Part shown: positions 1-9,111 of the stretch, in pieces
How positions within the stretch are numbered: the first letter of the stretch is position 1
Layout of the letters: each line of letters begins with the position of its first letter
Assembly (NCBI GenBank): GCA_027448785.1
Contig: DAIDMW010000001.1
Coordinates: 1,668-65,667 of the forward strand
DNA: 64,000 nt
Direction: 5' to 3'
Origin: Candidatus Colwellbacteria bacterium
Lineage (GTDB): Bacteria > Patescibacteriota > Minisyncoccia > UBA6257 > Colwellbacteraceae
The notes under the pieces: model-generated
What the model was told of the DNA's origin: nothing
The model's database searches: none
The model's input: only the letters and a program-made list of their open reading frames with translations
Position numbers and translations under genes: made by a program

Positions 1-1
1 T

Positions 2-571
2 TCTTAGTTCGCCTCGGAAATTCATATAGTCCGATGAAAAATATTTTACCTGAGTCAGCTCCCCCGAGTCGATCTTACTCCTTATCCGGCGCAGCTTTTT
101 TTCTTGCACCTCCGCGTTGGTGCTGAAGGTATCGTCGATGCCCAGCGTTAAATACGAAGCCTGCTTGGCTTCATTGGGATTGCTACGGAATTCCAGAATA
201 GTATCGACTCCGTTTACAATGTCGTCATACCTCGATGCCCTTCTAGTGAACGCATTCTCGCCGAAGTAATCGCCCAGTTCGGCGCGTTCGTTTATTGTCC
301 ACTCAAAGATGGTCGAGTATTTCTTGAGAAGCTCCGATTGAGGGGTTGATTCTTGCCTGAATACTCTCTCGGCTTCCGCGACCCTCTCAAGGTCGCGCCT
401 TACATTTTCCTCTCCGTACAAATCGGCGAAGTCTTCTTCGTGCACAGCATCCTTTTTTAATGCCGCTTCCGCCATCTCATAGGCCTTTTTATTATTTATC
501 TCTTCAATCTCTTCGTCTGCGGCTCGTTCGGCCGAGGCGAACGATATTTCTCCCTCGAATGATCGTCTCAT
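2..571 (-). CDS. Hypothetical protein, runs off the left window edge
   Basis: Manual translation from ATG at 571 (MRRSFEGEISFASAERAADEEIEE...RASRYDDIVNGVDTILEF) is open as far as read; absent from the ORF track, consistent with no stop inside the window. Confidence 0.7.
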   Translation of the reverse strand, partial: MRRSFEGEISFASAERAADEEIEEINNKKAYEMAEAALKKDAVHEEDFADLYGEENVRRDLERVAEAERVFRQESTPQSELLKKYSTIFEWTINERAELGDYFGENAFTRRASRYDDIVNGVDTILEFRSNPNEAKQASYLTLGIDDTFSTNAEVQEKKLRRIRSKIDSGELTQVKYFSSDYMNFRGELR

Positions 572-697
572 AGGTTCATTGTAAATTATTTTTAATACCC
601 AGTGAATCGGTTCTCGACTCAATATTGTTCTGGACAAAATCTAATTTTTGTGTTATCAACCCGTAGTTGAACATTAACACAAAGGAGTGAGTTAAGG

Positions 698-1954
698 ATG
701 TGGGATCCGTATAGCGAATTTGAGTCCGCTACCCTGTCCAACGGTCTTTCCGTGTATGCTTGCAAGTGGGAGAGGCCATGGCAGACTATCGGCTTCGTGG
801 TTCACAGCGGAGCCAGGCATGACCCTATCGGACTAGAAGGCTTGTCGCACTTTGTCGAGCATCTGGTTTCGCAAAACGCCTCCATCGCCTCGAAGGAAAT
901 CGAATCCTTCTTCGGCAGCCACGGAGGATCGGTTATGTTCGGCAGCACCGGCTATTCGTCAACCAGCTACAATTTCTTTGTCGCAGCAAAGCCAAGCGTC
1001 GTTGCGCGGGCGTTGGACATCTTCGGCTCCATGCTCATCAGCGCCAAGCTACAAAACTCCGTCGAGAGGGAAAGAGAGGTGATTATCCAAGAGTTTTTCC
1101 GCAAGTATCAGGCCAAAGTAAGAGTCGAGTTCGAAGCTCGCGAAGTAAAGGCGGTGTACGGCGGAACTTGGCGCGAAAGATTCCTCAGCCCGATGGGCTC
1201 TCCGGAGTCTGTAAGGCGGATAACGCAAAGCGACCTGCAGGCGCACTACGACACCAACTACACGCCGGCCAATATAAGCGTGGTCTGCGTTGGCGGAATG
1301 GGACTTTCGGAACTGGTGAGCCTCCTTTCTTCGAGCCCTTTCGGCAAGGAAAAGAGAGGTCAGAGAAAACCTCTTCCATCCGCGGCAACCGATGCGCCGC
1401 TTCCTTTCGAGAGCGGGTACGTCTTTGAGATGTCGGAGGTTTTGCGCGCTGACGTTTCTCCGGATGCTGGATCATACCTAAGCATGGCAAGGATTCCCGG
1501 GGCCGTGAATTCCAATGCGATCAGCGGAGTCAGAAGCGTCCTCGCAAAAATCCTTTTCGAGGAGGTGAGAGAAAAGCGGGCCTGGACCTACCATATCGCT
1601 ACCGGGTTTAACGACTTTGGCGACATTCGCAGCTTCTTCATCGACTGCGGATCCATAGCCCCCGGCGCCCTCGGCGAGATCGCAGGCGTTGTGGATCGCT
1701 GCTTGTCTGAAGTTGCGAAGAGAGAAGACATGCTGCGCAACGCTCGGCACGAGGCGGTTCTGAATCTCTGGATGCAAGATCCAAATGGGCGCCAAGTCAG
1801 AGACGAGGCGATGAACGACCTTGAAGGCCACCAGCGCATAAAGACGCTGGCGGAAATCGAGGAAGAAATCATGGTCGTGACGGCGGAGGACGTTTCAAAC
1901 GTCCTTGAGTGGCTGAAACCAGAACGGCGTTGGACAAGAATCTCGCGTCCTTAA
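698..1954 (+). CDS. M16 (insulinase/pitrilysin) family zinc peptidase
   Basis: Inverted zinc motif HFVEH in GLSHFVEHLV; VEREREVIIQE; YTPANISVVCVG; LFEEVREKRAWTY. Confidence 0.9.
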   Translation: MWDPYSEFESATLSNGLSVYACKWERPWQTIGFVVHSGARHDPIGLEGLSHFVEHLVSQNASIASKEIESFFGSHGGSVMFGSTGYSSTSYNFFVAAKPSVVARALDIFGSMLISAKLQNSVEREREVIIQEFFRKYQAKVRVEFEAREVKAVYGGTWRERFLSPMGSPESVRRITQSDLQAHYDTNYTPANISVVCVGGMGLSELVSLLSSSPFGKEKRGQRKPLPSAATDAPLPFESGYVFEMSEVLRADVSPDAGSYLSMARIPGAVNSNAISGVRSVLAKILFEEVREKRAWTYHIATGFNDFGDIRSFFIDCGSIAPGALGEIAGVVDRCLSEVAKREDMLRNARHEAVLNLWMQDPNGRQVRDEAMNDLEGHQRIKTLAEIEEEIMVVTAEDVSNVLEWLKPERRWTRISRP

Positions 1955-1963
1955 CTCGCATCG

Positions 1964-2020
1964 AAAAAGCGGTTCGGGTGGTTGCTTTAAACGGCACCTG
2001 CCCGGCCGCTTTTTATTTTT
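1964..2020 (+). terminator. Probable intrinsic terminator
   Basis: AAAAAGCGG...CCGCTTTTT hairpin followed by a T-rich run right after the peptidase stop. Confidence 0.55.
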
Positions 2021-2048
2021 CTTGTTTTAACGCGGTTTTTCTGCTAAC

Positions 2049-3596
2049 TTGGAGGCGATGCCCGAAACTCCTTCCAAAAACTCAATGCAGCGCCCGCCGA
2101 TCGTGGTGGTGATGGGACATGTCGATCACGGCAAGACCAGCCTTCTGGATTATATCCGCAAGGCCAATGTTGTGGCGCGCGAAGCAGGGGGGATAACCCA
2201 ATCCATCGGTGCTTATGAAATTGAGCACCCTTCGACAAGCTCAGGGCAAGCTCCTTCGACAAGCTCAGGGCAGGCTCCTTCGACAAGCTCAGGGCAAGCT
2301 CCTTCGACAAGCTCAGGGCAAGCTAGAAAAATCACTTTTATTGACACCCCCGGGCACGAGGCTTTTACGGCTATGCGCTCCAGGGGCGCGACGGTCGCTG
2401 ACATCGCCATCCTGGTCGTGGCCGCCGACGAAGGAGTGAAGCCCCAGACCTTGGAGGCGATTAACACTCTGAAAGAAGTTGGCACTCCTTATATAGTAGC
2501 CATCACCAAGATCGACCGGCCGAACGCGAATATCGAGAAGGTCAAGTCGGAACTTCTCTCCAACGGAGTTTTATTGGAAGGAATGGGAGGCGACGTCAGC
2601 TGGCAGGGCGTTTCCGCCGTTACCGGCGAGGGGGTGAATGAGCTTATAGATCTCATCTTGCTATTGGGCGATGTTTTAGACCTGCGGTACGATCCGGGAG
2701 CGACAGCCGAGGGCGTGATAATCGAAGCGACCAAGGACAGCCGCCGCGGAGTCGTGGCCAGCCTTATTTTGCGCGACGGAATCCTGCGCGAAGGCGAATA
2801 CATCACCACCGAGACCACCTACGGGAAGATAAAGCTGCTGGAGAACTTCAAAGGCGAAAGGGTCCAGGAGCTTTCTCCTTCCGCTCCGGCGCGGGTCGTG
2901 GGTTTCGAAGAGCTGCCGCTGGTCGGCGAGCGCTTCCAGGCCGGCGATATCAATTTGGCCGAGATCAAGCTGGCGGCCGCCGGTTCGGCTATCAAAGCCG
3001 CCGGGCTGTCGGAGGCTGAAGAAAGCAAGGAGGCGGTGAAGCTCATAACCAAAGCCGACACCGCTGGATCGCTTGAGGCTCTGAACCACGTCATTAAAGG
3101 AGTAGAAGGTGTGCGCGTCATTAGCAGCGCGGTCGGCGATATCACCGACGGCGATGTGGACCAGGCCATAAGCACGGGCAGCCTCATCGTTGGTTTCCGC
3201 GTCAAAGCTTCCGGTTCGACTTTGAACCGCGCGCAGATCAAGAACATTAAAATAATCAGTTCGGAGATAATCTATAAGATCGTCGAGGAGATAGAGGCGC
3301 ACTTGAAAGAGCTTCGCGGAGCTATGGTCGCCGGCGAGCTGGAGATTCTGAAGATATTCGAGACCGAGGGCAAGCGTGTGGTTTTGGGAGGACGAGTCGT
3401 AACCGGCTCAATTAAAGTCGGCATCGAAGTCAAGGTGGAGAGGCGCGGCAGCCAAATTTCCTCGGCGCGGATTATTAATTTGCAAGAAAATCGCAAGGAC
3501 GTGACGGAAGTCGCCGAGGGCAAAGAATGCGGTATGCTCGTCGAGTCCGAAGGTAAACTCCTGCCGGGAGACCGCCTGAAGATTTTTTCCGAATAA
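2049..3596 (+). CDS. infB: Translation initiation factor IF-2 (short form; start may be ATG 2058 or a later ATG)
   Basis: [40 protein letters not shown]; upstream of rbfA. Confidence 0.97.
   Translation: MEAMPETPSKNSMQRPPIVVVMGHVDHGKTSLLDYIRKANVVAREAGGITQSIGAYEIEHPSTSSGQAPSTSSGQAPSTSSGQAPSTSSGQARKITFIDTPGHEAFTAMRSRGATVADIAILVVAADEGVKPQTLEAINTLKEVGTPYIVAITKIDRPNANIEKVKSELLSNGVLLEGMGGDVSWQGVSAVTGEGVNELIDLILLLGDVLDLRYDPGATAEGVIIEATKDSRRGVVASLILRDGILREGEYITTETTYGKIKLLENFKGERVQELSPSAPARVVGFEELPLVGERFQAGDINLAEIKLAAAGSAIKAAGLSEAEESKEAVKLITKADTAGSLEALNHVIKGVEGVRVISSAVGDITDGDVDQAISTGSLIVGFRVKASGSTLNRAQIKNIKIISSEIIYKIVEEIEAHLKELRGAMVAGELEILKIFETEGKRVVLGGRVVTGSIKVGIEVKVERRGSQISSARIINLQENRKDVTEVAEGKECGMLVESEGKLLPGDRLKIFSE
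2229..2324 (+). repeat. 4 x 24-bp tandem repeat CCTTCGACAAGCTCAGGGCAAGCT inside infB (PSTSSGQA x4)
   Basis: Read directly; one synonymous variant in copy 2. Confidence 0.97.
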
Positions 3597-3600
3597 CAAA

Positions 3601-3942
3601 ATGAAAGCGCATCGCGCCGAAAGGATAGCTAGCCTGATTCACGAGGAGTTGGGGAAATTCTTATTGCGCGAAGTGGAATTTCCCGAGGGCAGCCTGGTAA
3701 CCATCAGCCGAGTAGAGGTTGACCGAGAGTTAGCCACTGCCTCGGTCTGGGTCAGCGTCCTGCCGTCGTCGAGCAAGGGGGAGGTGATGAAGATTTTAAA
3801 GGACGAGCAAGGAAGGATGCAGTTCCTTTTGAACCGGAAGATGAATATCAAGCCGATGCCGCGCATCAATTTTTTGCTGGATGAGGGGCTGGAAAAAGCG
3901 GCGGCAATTGAAAAAATATTTATTGCTGGAGATAATCAGTAA
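3601..3942 (+). CDS. rbfA: Ribosome-binding factor A
   Basis: RAERIASLIHEELG, VTISRVEV, PRINFLLD; infB-rbfA synteny. Confidence 0.9.
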   Translation: MKAHRAERIASLIHEELGKFLLREVEFPEGSLVTISRVEVDRELATASVWVSVLPSSSKGEVMKILKDEQGRMQFLLNRKMNIKPMPRINFLLDEGLEKAAAIEKIFIAGDNQ

Positions 3943-3948
3943 GGCGCT

Positions 3949-4020
3949 GGCCTGGTAGCCAAGTGGTAAGGCGAAGGTCTGCAAAACCTTTATACGCGGG
4001 TTCGATTCCCGCCCAGGCCT
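3949..4020 (+). tRNA. tRNA-Cys (GCA), CCA not encoded
   Basis: Cloverleaf: acceptor GGCCTGG/CCAGGCC, anticodon arm AAGGT-CTGCAAA-ACCTT, T arm GCGGG-TTCGATT-CCCGC. Confidence 0.95.
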
Positions 4021-4022
4021 CA

Positions 4023-4661
4023 ATGAAAGTGATTCCGGCGATAAACTGCGAAAACTTCGAGTGCGTTTCCGAGAAGATTATTCTAGCCTCGCAGTTTGCG
4101 GATTGGGTGCAGATCGACGTGTCCGACGGAAAATTTTCGCCAGCGCTCACCTGGAATAATCCGGAAAAATTGGCAGAGTGGCTTAAGGAGAATGAATCCG
4201 GCCTTAAGATCGAGGTTCATCTCATGGTAGAAGACGTCTTAAATGAAGCTCTGCGCTGGTTGAAGGCTGGCGCAAACAGGGTGGTCGTCCAGTCCGGGAT
4301 AGAGTTCGATTACGAGAAACTGCTCGCGGTCTGCGACGAGCACGGAGCCGAAGCGATGCTGTCTTTTTCTCCGCAATCCGCCGTCGGCGACAATCTTTCC
4401 TTGGCTTCCGCTTTTCGCGAGTTCCAGGTGCTGGCGGTTTCTCCGGGATTTGCCGGGCAGGAGTTCGGCGATGAAGCGATTATGAAGATAAAGTCTTTGC
4501 GCCGAGTTTTCCCCGATGCTATCATTGAAGTGGATGGGGGAATAAATCCCGCGACGGCCAAAGCAGTTAGTTTGGCCGGAGCGGATATCGTCGTCTCCGC
4601 GTCCTACATTTTTGAAAGTAAAAATCCGCGCGAAGCTTTTTTCGAGCTGCGAGCGGTATAA
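4023..4661 (+). CDS. rpe: Ribulose-phosphate 3-epimerase
   Basis: QIDVSDGKF, EVHLMV, AVSPGFAGQEF, IEVDGGIN; start moved to ATG 4023 because the longer ORF overlaps the tRNA. Confidence 0.92.
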   Translation: MKVIPAINCENFECVSEKIILASQFADWVQIDVSDGKFSPALTWNNPEKLAEWLKENESGLKIEVHLMVEDVLNEALRWLKAGANRVVVQSGIEFDYEKLLAVCDEHGAEAMLSFSPQSAVGDNLSLASAFREFQVLAVSPGFAGQEFGDEAIMKIKSLRRVFPDAIIEVDGGINPATAKAVSLAGADIVVSASYIFESKNPREAFFELRAV

Positions 4662-4674
4662 GATCAAACAACTC

Positions 4675-5535
4675 ATGGAACCTTTGACCGAAGAGAAAAT
4701 TAAATTTTTGAGGGAAAAAGCCAACGAGATCCGCGAGTCGATCATCGAGATGTTGGTCGAGGCGGGCAGCGGGCATTCGGCCGGCCCTTTGGGGATGGCC
4801 GACGTTTTTACCGCCTTTTATTTCCATATCTTGAACCACAATCCCCAGAATCCCGACTGGCCCGACCGCGATCGCTTGATCCTTTCGAACGGGCACATCT
4901 GCCCAGTAAGATACGCGGCCATGGCGCATTCCGGATACTTCCCCGTAGAGGAGCTGAAAACCCTGCGCAAACTGAATTCCAGATTACAAGGGCATCCCCA
5001 CCGCACATCGCTGCCCGGAGTAGAAACCACTTCCGGGCCATTGGGATCGGGCCTGTCGCAAGCAGTCGGCGTGGCTTTAGCGGCTAAGCTCGACAAAAAG
5101 AAGTACCGGGTTTACGCCTTTCTCTCCGACGGCGAGCACGACGAAGGCAATCTTTGGGAGGCGGCGATGTTCGCCGGCAAGAACAAGCTTGGCAATCTTA
5201 CCGCGCTCATCGACCGCAACAACATCCAGATCGACGGGTTCACCGAGGACGTGATGCCTCTGGAGCCGCTGAAAGAAAAATATGAGTCTTTCGGCTGGCA
5301 CGTATTGGAGATCAATGGGCATAATTTCGAGCAGATCATCGACGCCGTTTCCGAAGCTAGGGTGATCCACGAGAAGCCGACGGTCGTCATTGCCCACACC
5401 ATCCCCGGCAAGGGTGTAAGCTTTATGGAGAATGATTACCTATGGCACGGCAAGCCGCCCAACAAAGAGGAGGCGGCGAAAGCTTTGAGCGAACTCCGGA
5501 CGCTTGGAGGAAAAATAACATCGGAGCATCAATAA
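4675..5535 (+). CDS. Transketolase, N-terminal (TPP-binding) subunit
   Basis: GSGHSAG, DRDRLILSNGH, LQGHP, SDGEHDEG...WEAA, DRNNIQIDG. Confidence 0.93.
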   Translation: MEPLTEEKIKFLREKANEIRESIIEMLVEAGSGHSAGPLGMADVFTAFYFHILNHNPQNPDWPDRDRLILSNGHICPVRYAAMAHSGYFPVEELKTLRKLNSRLQGHPHRTSLPGVETTSGPLGSGLSQAVGVALAAKLDKKKYRVYAFLSDGEHDEGNLWEAAMFAGKNKLGNLTALIDRNNIQIDGFTEDVMPLEPLKEKYESFGWHVLEINGHNFEQIIDAVSEARVIHEKPTVVIAHTIPGKGVSFMENDYLWHGKPPNKEEAAKALSELRTLGGKITSEHQ

Positions 5536-5537
5536 TT

Positions 5538-6554
5538 ATGTTGAACAAGAGCGCTAAATTATCTCCGAATCTTGGGGCTGAAAAAGTAGAGGAGGTTCCC
5601 ATCCGCAACGGTTATGGCGAGGGTCTGATGATAGCCGGCGAAAAGGATGCTAATGTGGTGGTCCTTTGCGCCGACCTTACCGAATCGACTCGCTCGGAGG
5701 CGTTTTCCAAAAAATATCCCGAGCGCTTTTTCGAGGTAGGAGTGGCGGAACAAAATCTGGCGACCATCGCCGCCGGTTTGGGGATCTCCGGGAAAGTGCC
5801 GTTTATTTCCTCTTATGCCACTTTTTCGCCGGGAAGGAATTGGGAGCAGATCCGCACCACCATCTCTTACAACGATTCCAACGTGAAAATCGCCGGACAC
5901 CACGCGGGGATCTCAACCGGTCCGGACGGCGCTACCCACCAAGCGGTGGAGGATATCGCGACGATGCGGGTGATGGCCAACATGACGGTCGTAGTTCCCT
6001 GCGATGCCATAGAGGCGAAAAAAGCGACTATCGCCGCCGCGGAAATAAAAGGCCCGGTCTATCTAAGGTTCGCCCGAGAAAAGACGGCGGTTATAACGAC
6101 GGAAGACACGCCGTTCGAGGTCGGCAAGGCCGAGATCTTTTACCAGACGACGAAGCCGCAAGCCGCGATCATCGCCTGCGGCACCCTGGTTTACAACGCT
6201 TTGGTTGCGGCTAAGGAACTCGAAAAGGAAGGCATTAACGTCCTGGTCGTGAATAACCACACGATCAAGCCGATCGATGAAAAAAAGATACTCGAGGTCG
6301 CAAAGAAATGCGGCGCGATCGTCACGGTTGAAGAGCATCAGGTTGCAGGAGGCCTGGGCGGAGCGGTAGCCGAGGTTTTGGCCAAAGGTTCACCGACGCC
6401 GATGGAGTTTGTCGGCTTGCAGGGAGTCTTCGGCGAGTCAGGAAATCCAAAGGAGCTTATCGAAAAGTACGGAATGGGCGTGAAAGACATCAAGGAGGCA
6501 GTGAAGAAGGCGGTAAAGCGCAAAAGACAAAACACCGAAAATCCTAAATCCTAA
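5538..6554 (+). CDS. Transketolase, C-terminal subunit
   Basis: FFEVGVAEQN, GPDGATHQ, GPVYLRF, VTVEEH..GGLG. Confidence 0.93.
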   Translation: MLNKSAKLSPNLGAEKVEEVPIRNGYGEGLMIAGEKDANVVVLCADLTESTRSEAFSKKYPERFFEVGVAEQNLATIAAGLGISGKVPFISSYATFSPGRNWEQIRTTISYNDSNVKIAGHHAGISTGPDGATHQAVEDIATMRVMANMTVVVPCDAIEAKKATIAAAEIKGPVYLRFAREKTAVITTEDTPFEVGKAEIFYQTTKPQAAIIACGTLVYNALVAAKELEKEGINVLVVNNHTIKPIDEKKILEVAKKCGAIVTVEEHQVAGGLGGAVAEVLAKGSPTPMEFVGLQGVFGESGNPKELIEKYGMGVKDIKEAVKKAVKRKRQNTENPKS

Positions 6555-6718
6555 TATCGAAATCCGAAACAAATTCGAAATTACAAATTAGAAACTCCAA
6601 ACCCGTTTGTGTTTCGTATTTGGAATTTGTAGTTTGTGATTTGTTTAGGATTTAGAATTTCGAGTTTCGGATTTTCGTTGTTTTACGCTTTTCGCTTTGC
6701 GCTCCTTTGTTTTGCGCT
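6515..6718. repeat. Heptamer-periodic palindromic element (type A nested in type B)
   Basis: AAAGCGC.. arm, AAATCC(T/G) units, core CAAACCCGTTTGTGTTT, mirrored (C/A)GGATTT units, ..GCGCT arm. Confidence 0.85.
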
Positions 6719-6765
6719 TCCCATTGTCTCTAGCTCCAGATGCGATGAGCGGCTATAATTGTTTT

Positions 6766-7791
6766 ATGTACGACGTTATTGCTATCGGCAGCACAACTAT
6801 CGATTCGTTCTGGAAGACGGATTTCGAATTGACCGACTATAAAAAAGCGCCTTCAGGCAAGGCGTTCTCCATCCCTTTTGGCGAGAAGTATGGGGTGGAG
6901 GACGTTGTTTTCACGCTTGGGGGAAACGCGGCCAACGCTAGCGTAACTTTTTCCAGACAGGGATTCAAAACGGCTCTTTTCACAAAAATAGGAAAAGATT
7001 CTCTGGGAAACGAGGTAAAACTCAAGCTGAGCAAGGAGGGGGTTTCAGAGAGTCTTATCGAGTACGCCAAGGATAAGTCGACCTCCTTTTCCGTTCTTTT
7101 GCTGCAAAAAGGAGAGCGAAGCATATTGACTCATCACGGAGCGATCAACGATTTTACCTTAAAAAACGTTAACTTAAATAAACTTAAAAGCCGTTTCTGG
7201 TATGTTTCTCTTCCCGGAGAGTCGTATCGCGAGTTTGATCGCTTATTGGAATACGCGACAAAAAATAAAATTGGCGTAGCGTTGAATCCGTCTTACAAAC
7301 AGCTAGTCGGTTCGGGGCGCGCGCAGCTGCTGAAACATCTTAAAAAAGTTAACTTTTTAGTGGTAAACGACGGCGAGGCCGCCTCGCTGGCCGGAGTCTC
7401 TTTTACGCGGCATATGGAGGTTTTTAAAAAGCTGGACAAGCTTATTCCTGGAATAGTCGCGGTGACTGCGGGTCCCGACGGAGTAATGGTTTCGGACGGG
7501 GAGTTGATATATCGGGCCGGCGTTTTTCCCGAAAAAAAGATAGCCGATCGCACCGGAGCTGGCGACGCTTTTGGTTCAGGTTTCTTGGCTGGGCTCTTGG
7601 CCAAAGGATGGGACGGCCGCAAGAAGGCCGGCGCCAAGGCTGTCGAATACGCAATACGCCTAGCCTCCGCCAACGCGACCTCGGTGGTTGAGAAAATAGG
7701 GGCTACTCCGGGAGTGTTGACCAAGCGGGAGTTTAAAACGTCGCCTCGCTGGCAAAAAATAAAAATAGAAACAAAAAAAGTAAATTACTAA
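6766..7791 (+). CDS. PfkB/ribokinase family carbohydrate kinase
   Basis: GGNAANASV and DRTGAGDAFGSGF signatures; start at MYDVIAIG. Confidence 0.9.
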   Translation: MYDVIAIGSTTIDSFWKTDFELTDYKKAPSGKAFSIPFGEKYGVEDVVFTLGGNAANASVTFSRQGFKTALFTKIGKDSLGNEVKLKLSKEGVSESLIEYAKDKSTSFSVLLLQKGERSILTHHGAINDFTLKNVNLNKLKSRFWYVSLPGESYREFDRLLEYATKNKIGVALNPSYKQLVGSGRAQLLKHLKKVNFLVVNDGEAASLAGVSFTRHMEVFKKLDKLIPGIVAVTAGPDGVMVSDGELIYRAGVFPEKKIADRTGAGDAFGSGFLAGLLAKGWDGRKKAGAKAVEYAIRLASANATSVVEKIGATPGVLTKREFKTSPRWQKIKIETKKVNY

Positions 7792-7792
7792 C

Positions 7793-9025
7793 ATGGAACA
7801 CTGCGAACCTTTAGCAAAAGTATTGAACGTCAATCCCGACTTGATTTCCGCTCTTGATCGGGAAATGGAGAAAAGAACGGGAAAGAAGGGGATATTGGAC
7901 AAGGTTTATAATGATAATTGCGCCGAAATCGAAAAAACGTTAAAACTGCTGGATTCAAACGAGCGATCAGCCAATCATGTGCGAAGCGTTCTGCGTTCGG
8001 AGATTCTGACCAACGAAAAAGAGTTGTTAAAATACCTGGAAACGATCGAAGGGAAGGACGAGTTTGAAAAAGCGGTCAACCTTTCAAAAAAAGTGGCTCG
8101 AGTAGATAAAGGTTTCTTTTTGAAGAAAGATCGCGCCGAGGGAATTTTGCGGAAACGCCCGCCGGAACATCTATTGGAGTATTTAGGATTAAAAACCGTC
8201 GATGAAGTTTTGGCCAAGCATGACGTGGCCGAGGTTTTCAGCGCCCTGCGCTTCATCGAGAGCGAGGAGTGGATGCATGAAACGTTTGAGGTTGCGTACA
8301 GCGATTTTACTGCCGATGATTTTGAAGAACGCGAAATCGAGGTCCGCGTTCTGGGTCCGGCCTGGCACGAAATCGCCTTGAAGTTCGTAGCCAAGAAACA
8401 CCACAACGTCAGTCACCTCAAGGAGTTCGGGGTTATTTTCCTTAATCCGATCAAAGAAAACGTGCCTGGGAAATTCTTGCGCGACTTCTCTTTGTTCATG
8501 CACTATTACCACGAGATTGACTTCTACTCCAAGCTGTTCCGCCGTTACGCCAAGGAGGCGGACTTCGCCGAAAGGCTGAAGTCACTGCTGCGCGGAGACG
8601 TTCCCGAGATATACAAGGCCGAGGACGGAGAATGGCTTATCGTCCAGCGCTACCTTTCGAAAATAAATCCGCAGGACCCGCGCCTTTTTCTGCCGCGGGT
8701 CAATCCGGAATCGATGCACTGGGCTCGCGGAGAGCGGGACATCACGCAGTATTCCGAGCCAACCAAGATGTTCAATCTGCATCTCTGGCACAATTTGGAC
8801 TGGGTCGGGGGAGTTTTCGACGGAGGGAAGGACGAAGTAGTTAGCTTCGACTTGGAGGACAACGCTATGTCGCTGGTTTCCTTCATGGAAGGGAAGGACG
8901 AAGGATTCAATTACCACCAGCGCGAAGCGATGTGGACCAAGATTTTCGAAGAGTTCGTCGGTGGAGACAAAAAGATGGAGGAGATCCTCATCGAGAACTT
9001 CGACAAGGGAATCGTCAAATTCTAA
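7793..9025 (+). CDS. Hypothetical protein (410 aa) inside the sugar-phosphate operon
   Basis: Long ORF, 1 nt after the pfkB-family stop; no recognised family. Confidence 0.8.
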   Translation: MEHCEPLAKVLNVNPDLISALDREMEKRTGKKGILDKVYNDNCAEIEKTLKLLDSNERSANHVRSVLRSEILTNEKELLKYLETIEGKDEFEKAVNLSKKVARVDKGFFLKKDRAEGILRKRPPEHLLEYLGLKTVDEVLAKHDVAEVFSALRFIESEEWMHETFEVAYSDFTADDFEEREIEVRVLGPAWHEIALKFVAKKHHNVSHLKEFGVIFLNPIKENVPGKFLRDFSLFMHYYHEIDFYSKLFRRYAKEADFAERLKSLLRGDVPEIYKAEDGEWLIVQRYLSKINPQDPRLFLPRVNPESMHWARGERDITQYSEPTKMFNLHLWHNLDWVGGVFDGGKDEVVSFDLEDNAMSLVSFMEGKDEGFNYHQREAMWTKIFEEFVGGDKKMEEILIENFDKGIVKF

Positions 9026-9099
9026 AAGCGCAAAATTAAAAGCTAAAAGCGAAAAAGAATAATAACGTAGTTATTTTGCGTTTTGCACTTTTCGCTTTT
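9024..9099. repeat. Type B heptamer palindromic element
   Basis: AAAAGCG CAAAATT AAAAGCT AAAAGCG ... TTTTGCG TTTTGCA CTTTTCG CTTTT. Confidence 0.8.
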
Positions 9100-9111
9100 A
9101 AAATAAATGTA

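Noticed and set aside
2044-2485. Alternative-frame ORFs with LSLSKE, LRQAQGK and ACPELVEG repeats
   Set aside because: Shadows of the 24-bp repeat inside infB.
3963-4022. N-terminal extension of rpe in the ORF track
   Set aside because: Lies within tRNA-Cys; ATG 4023 gives a normal Rpe start.
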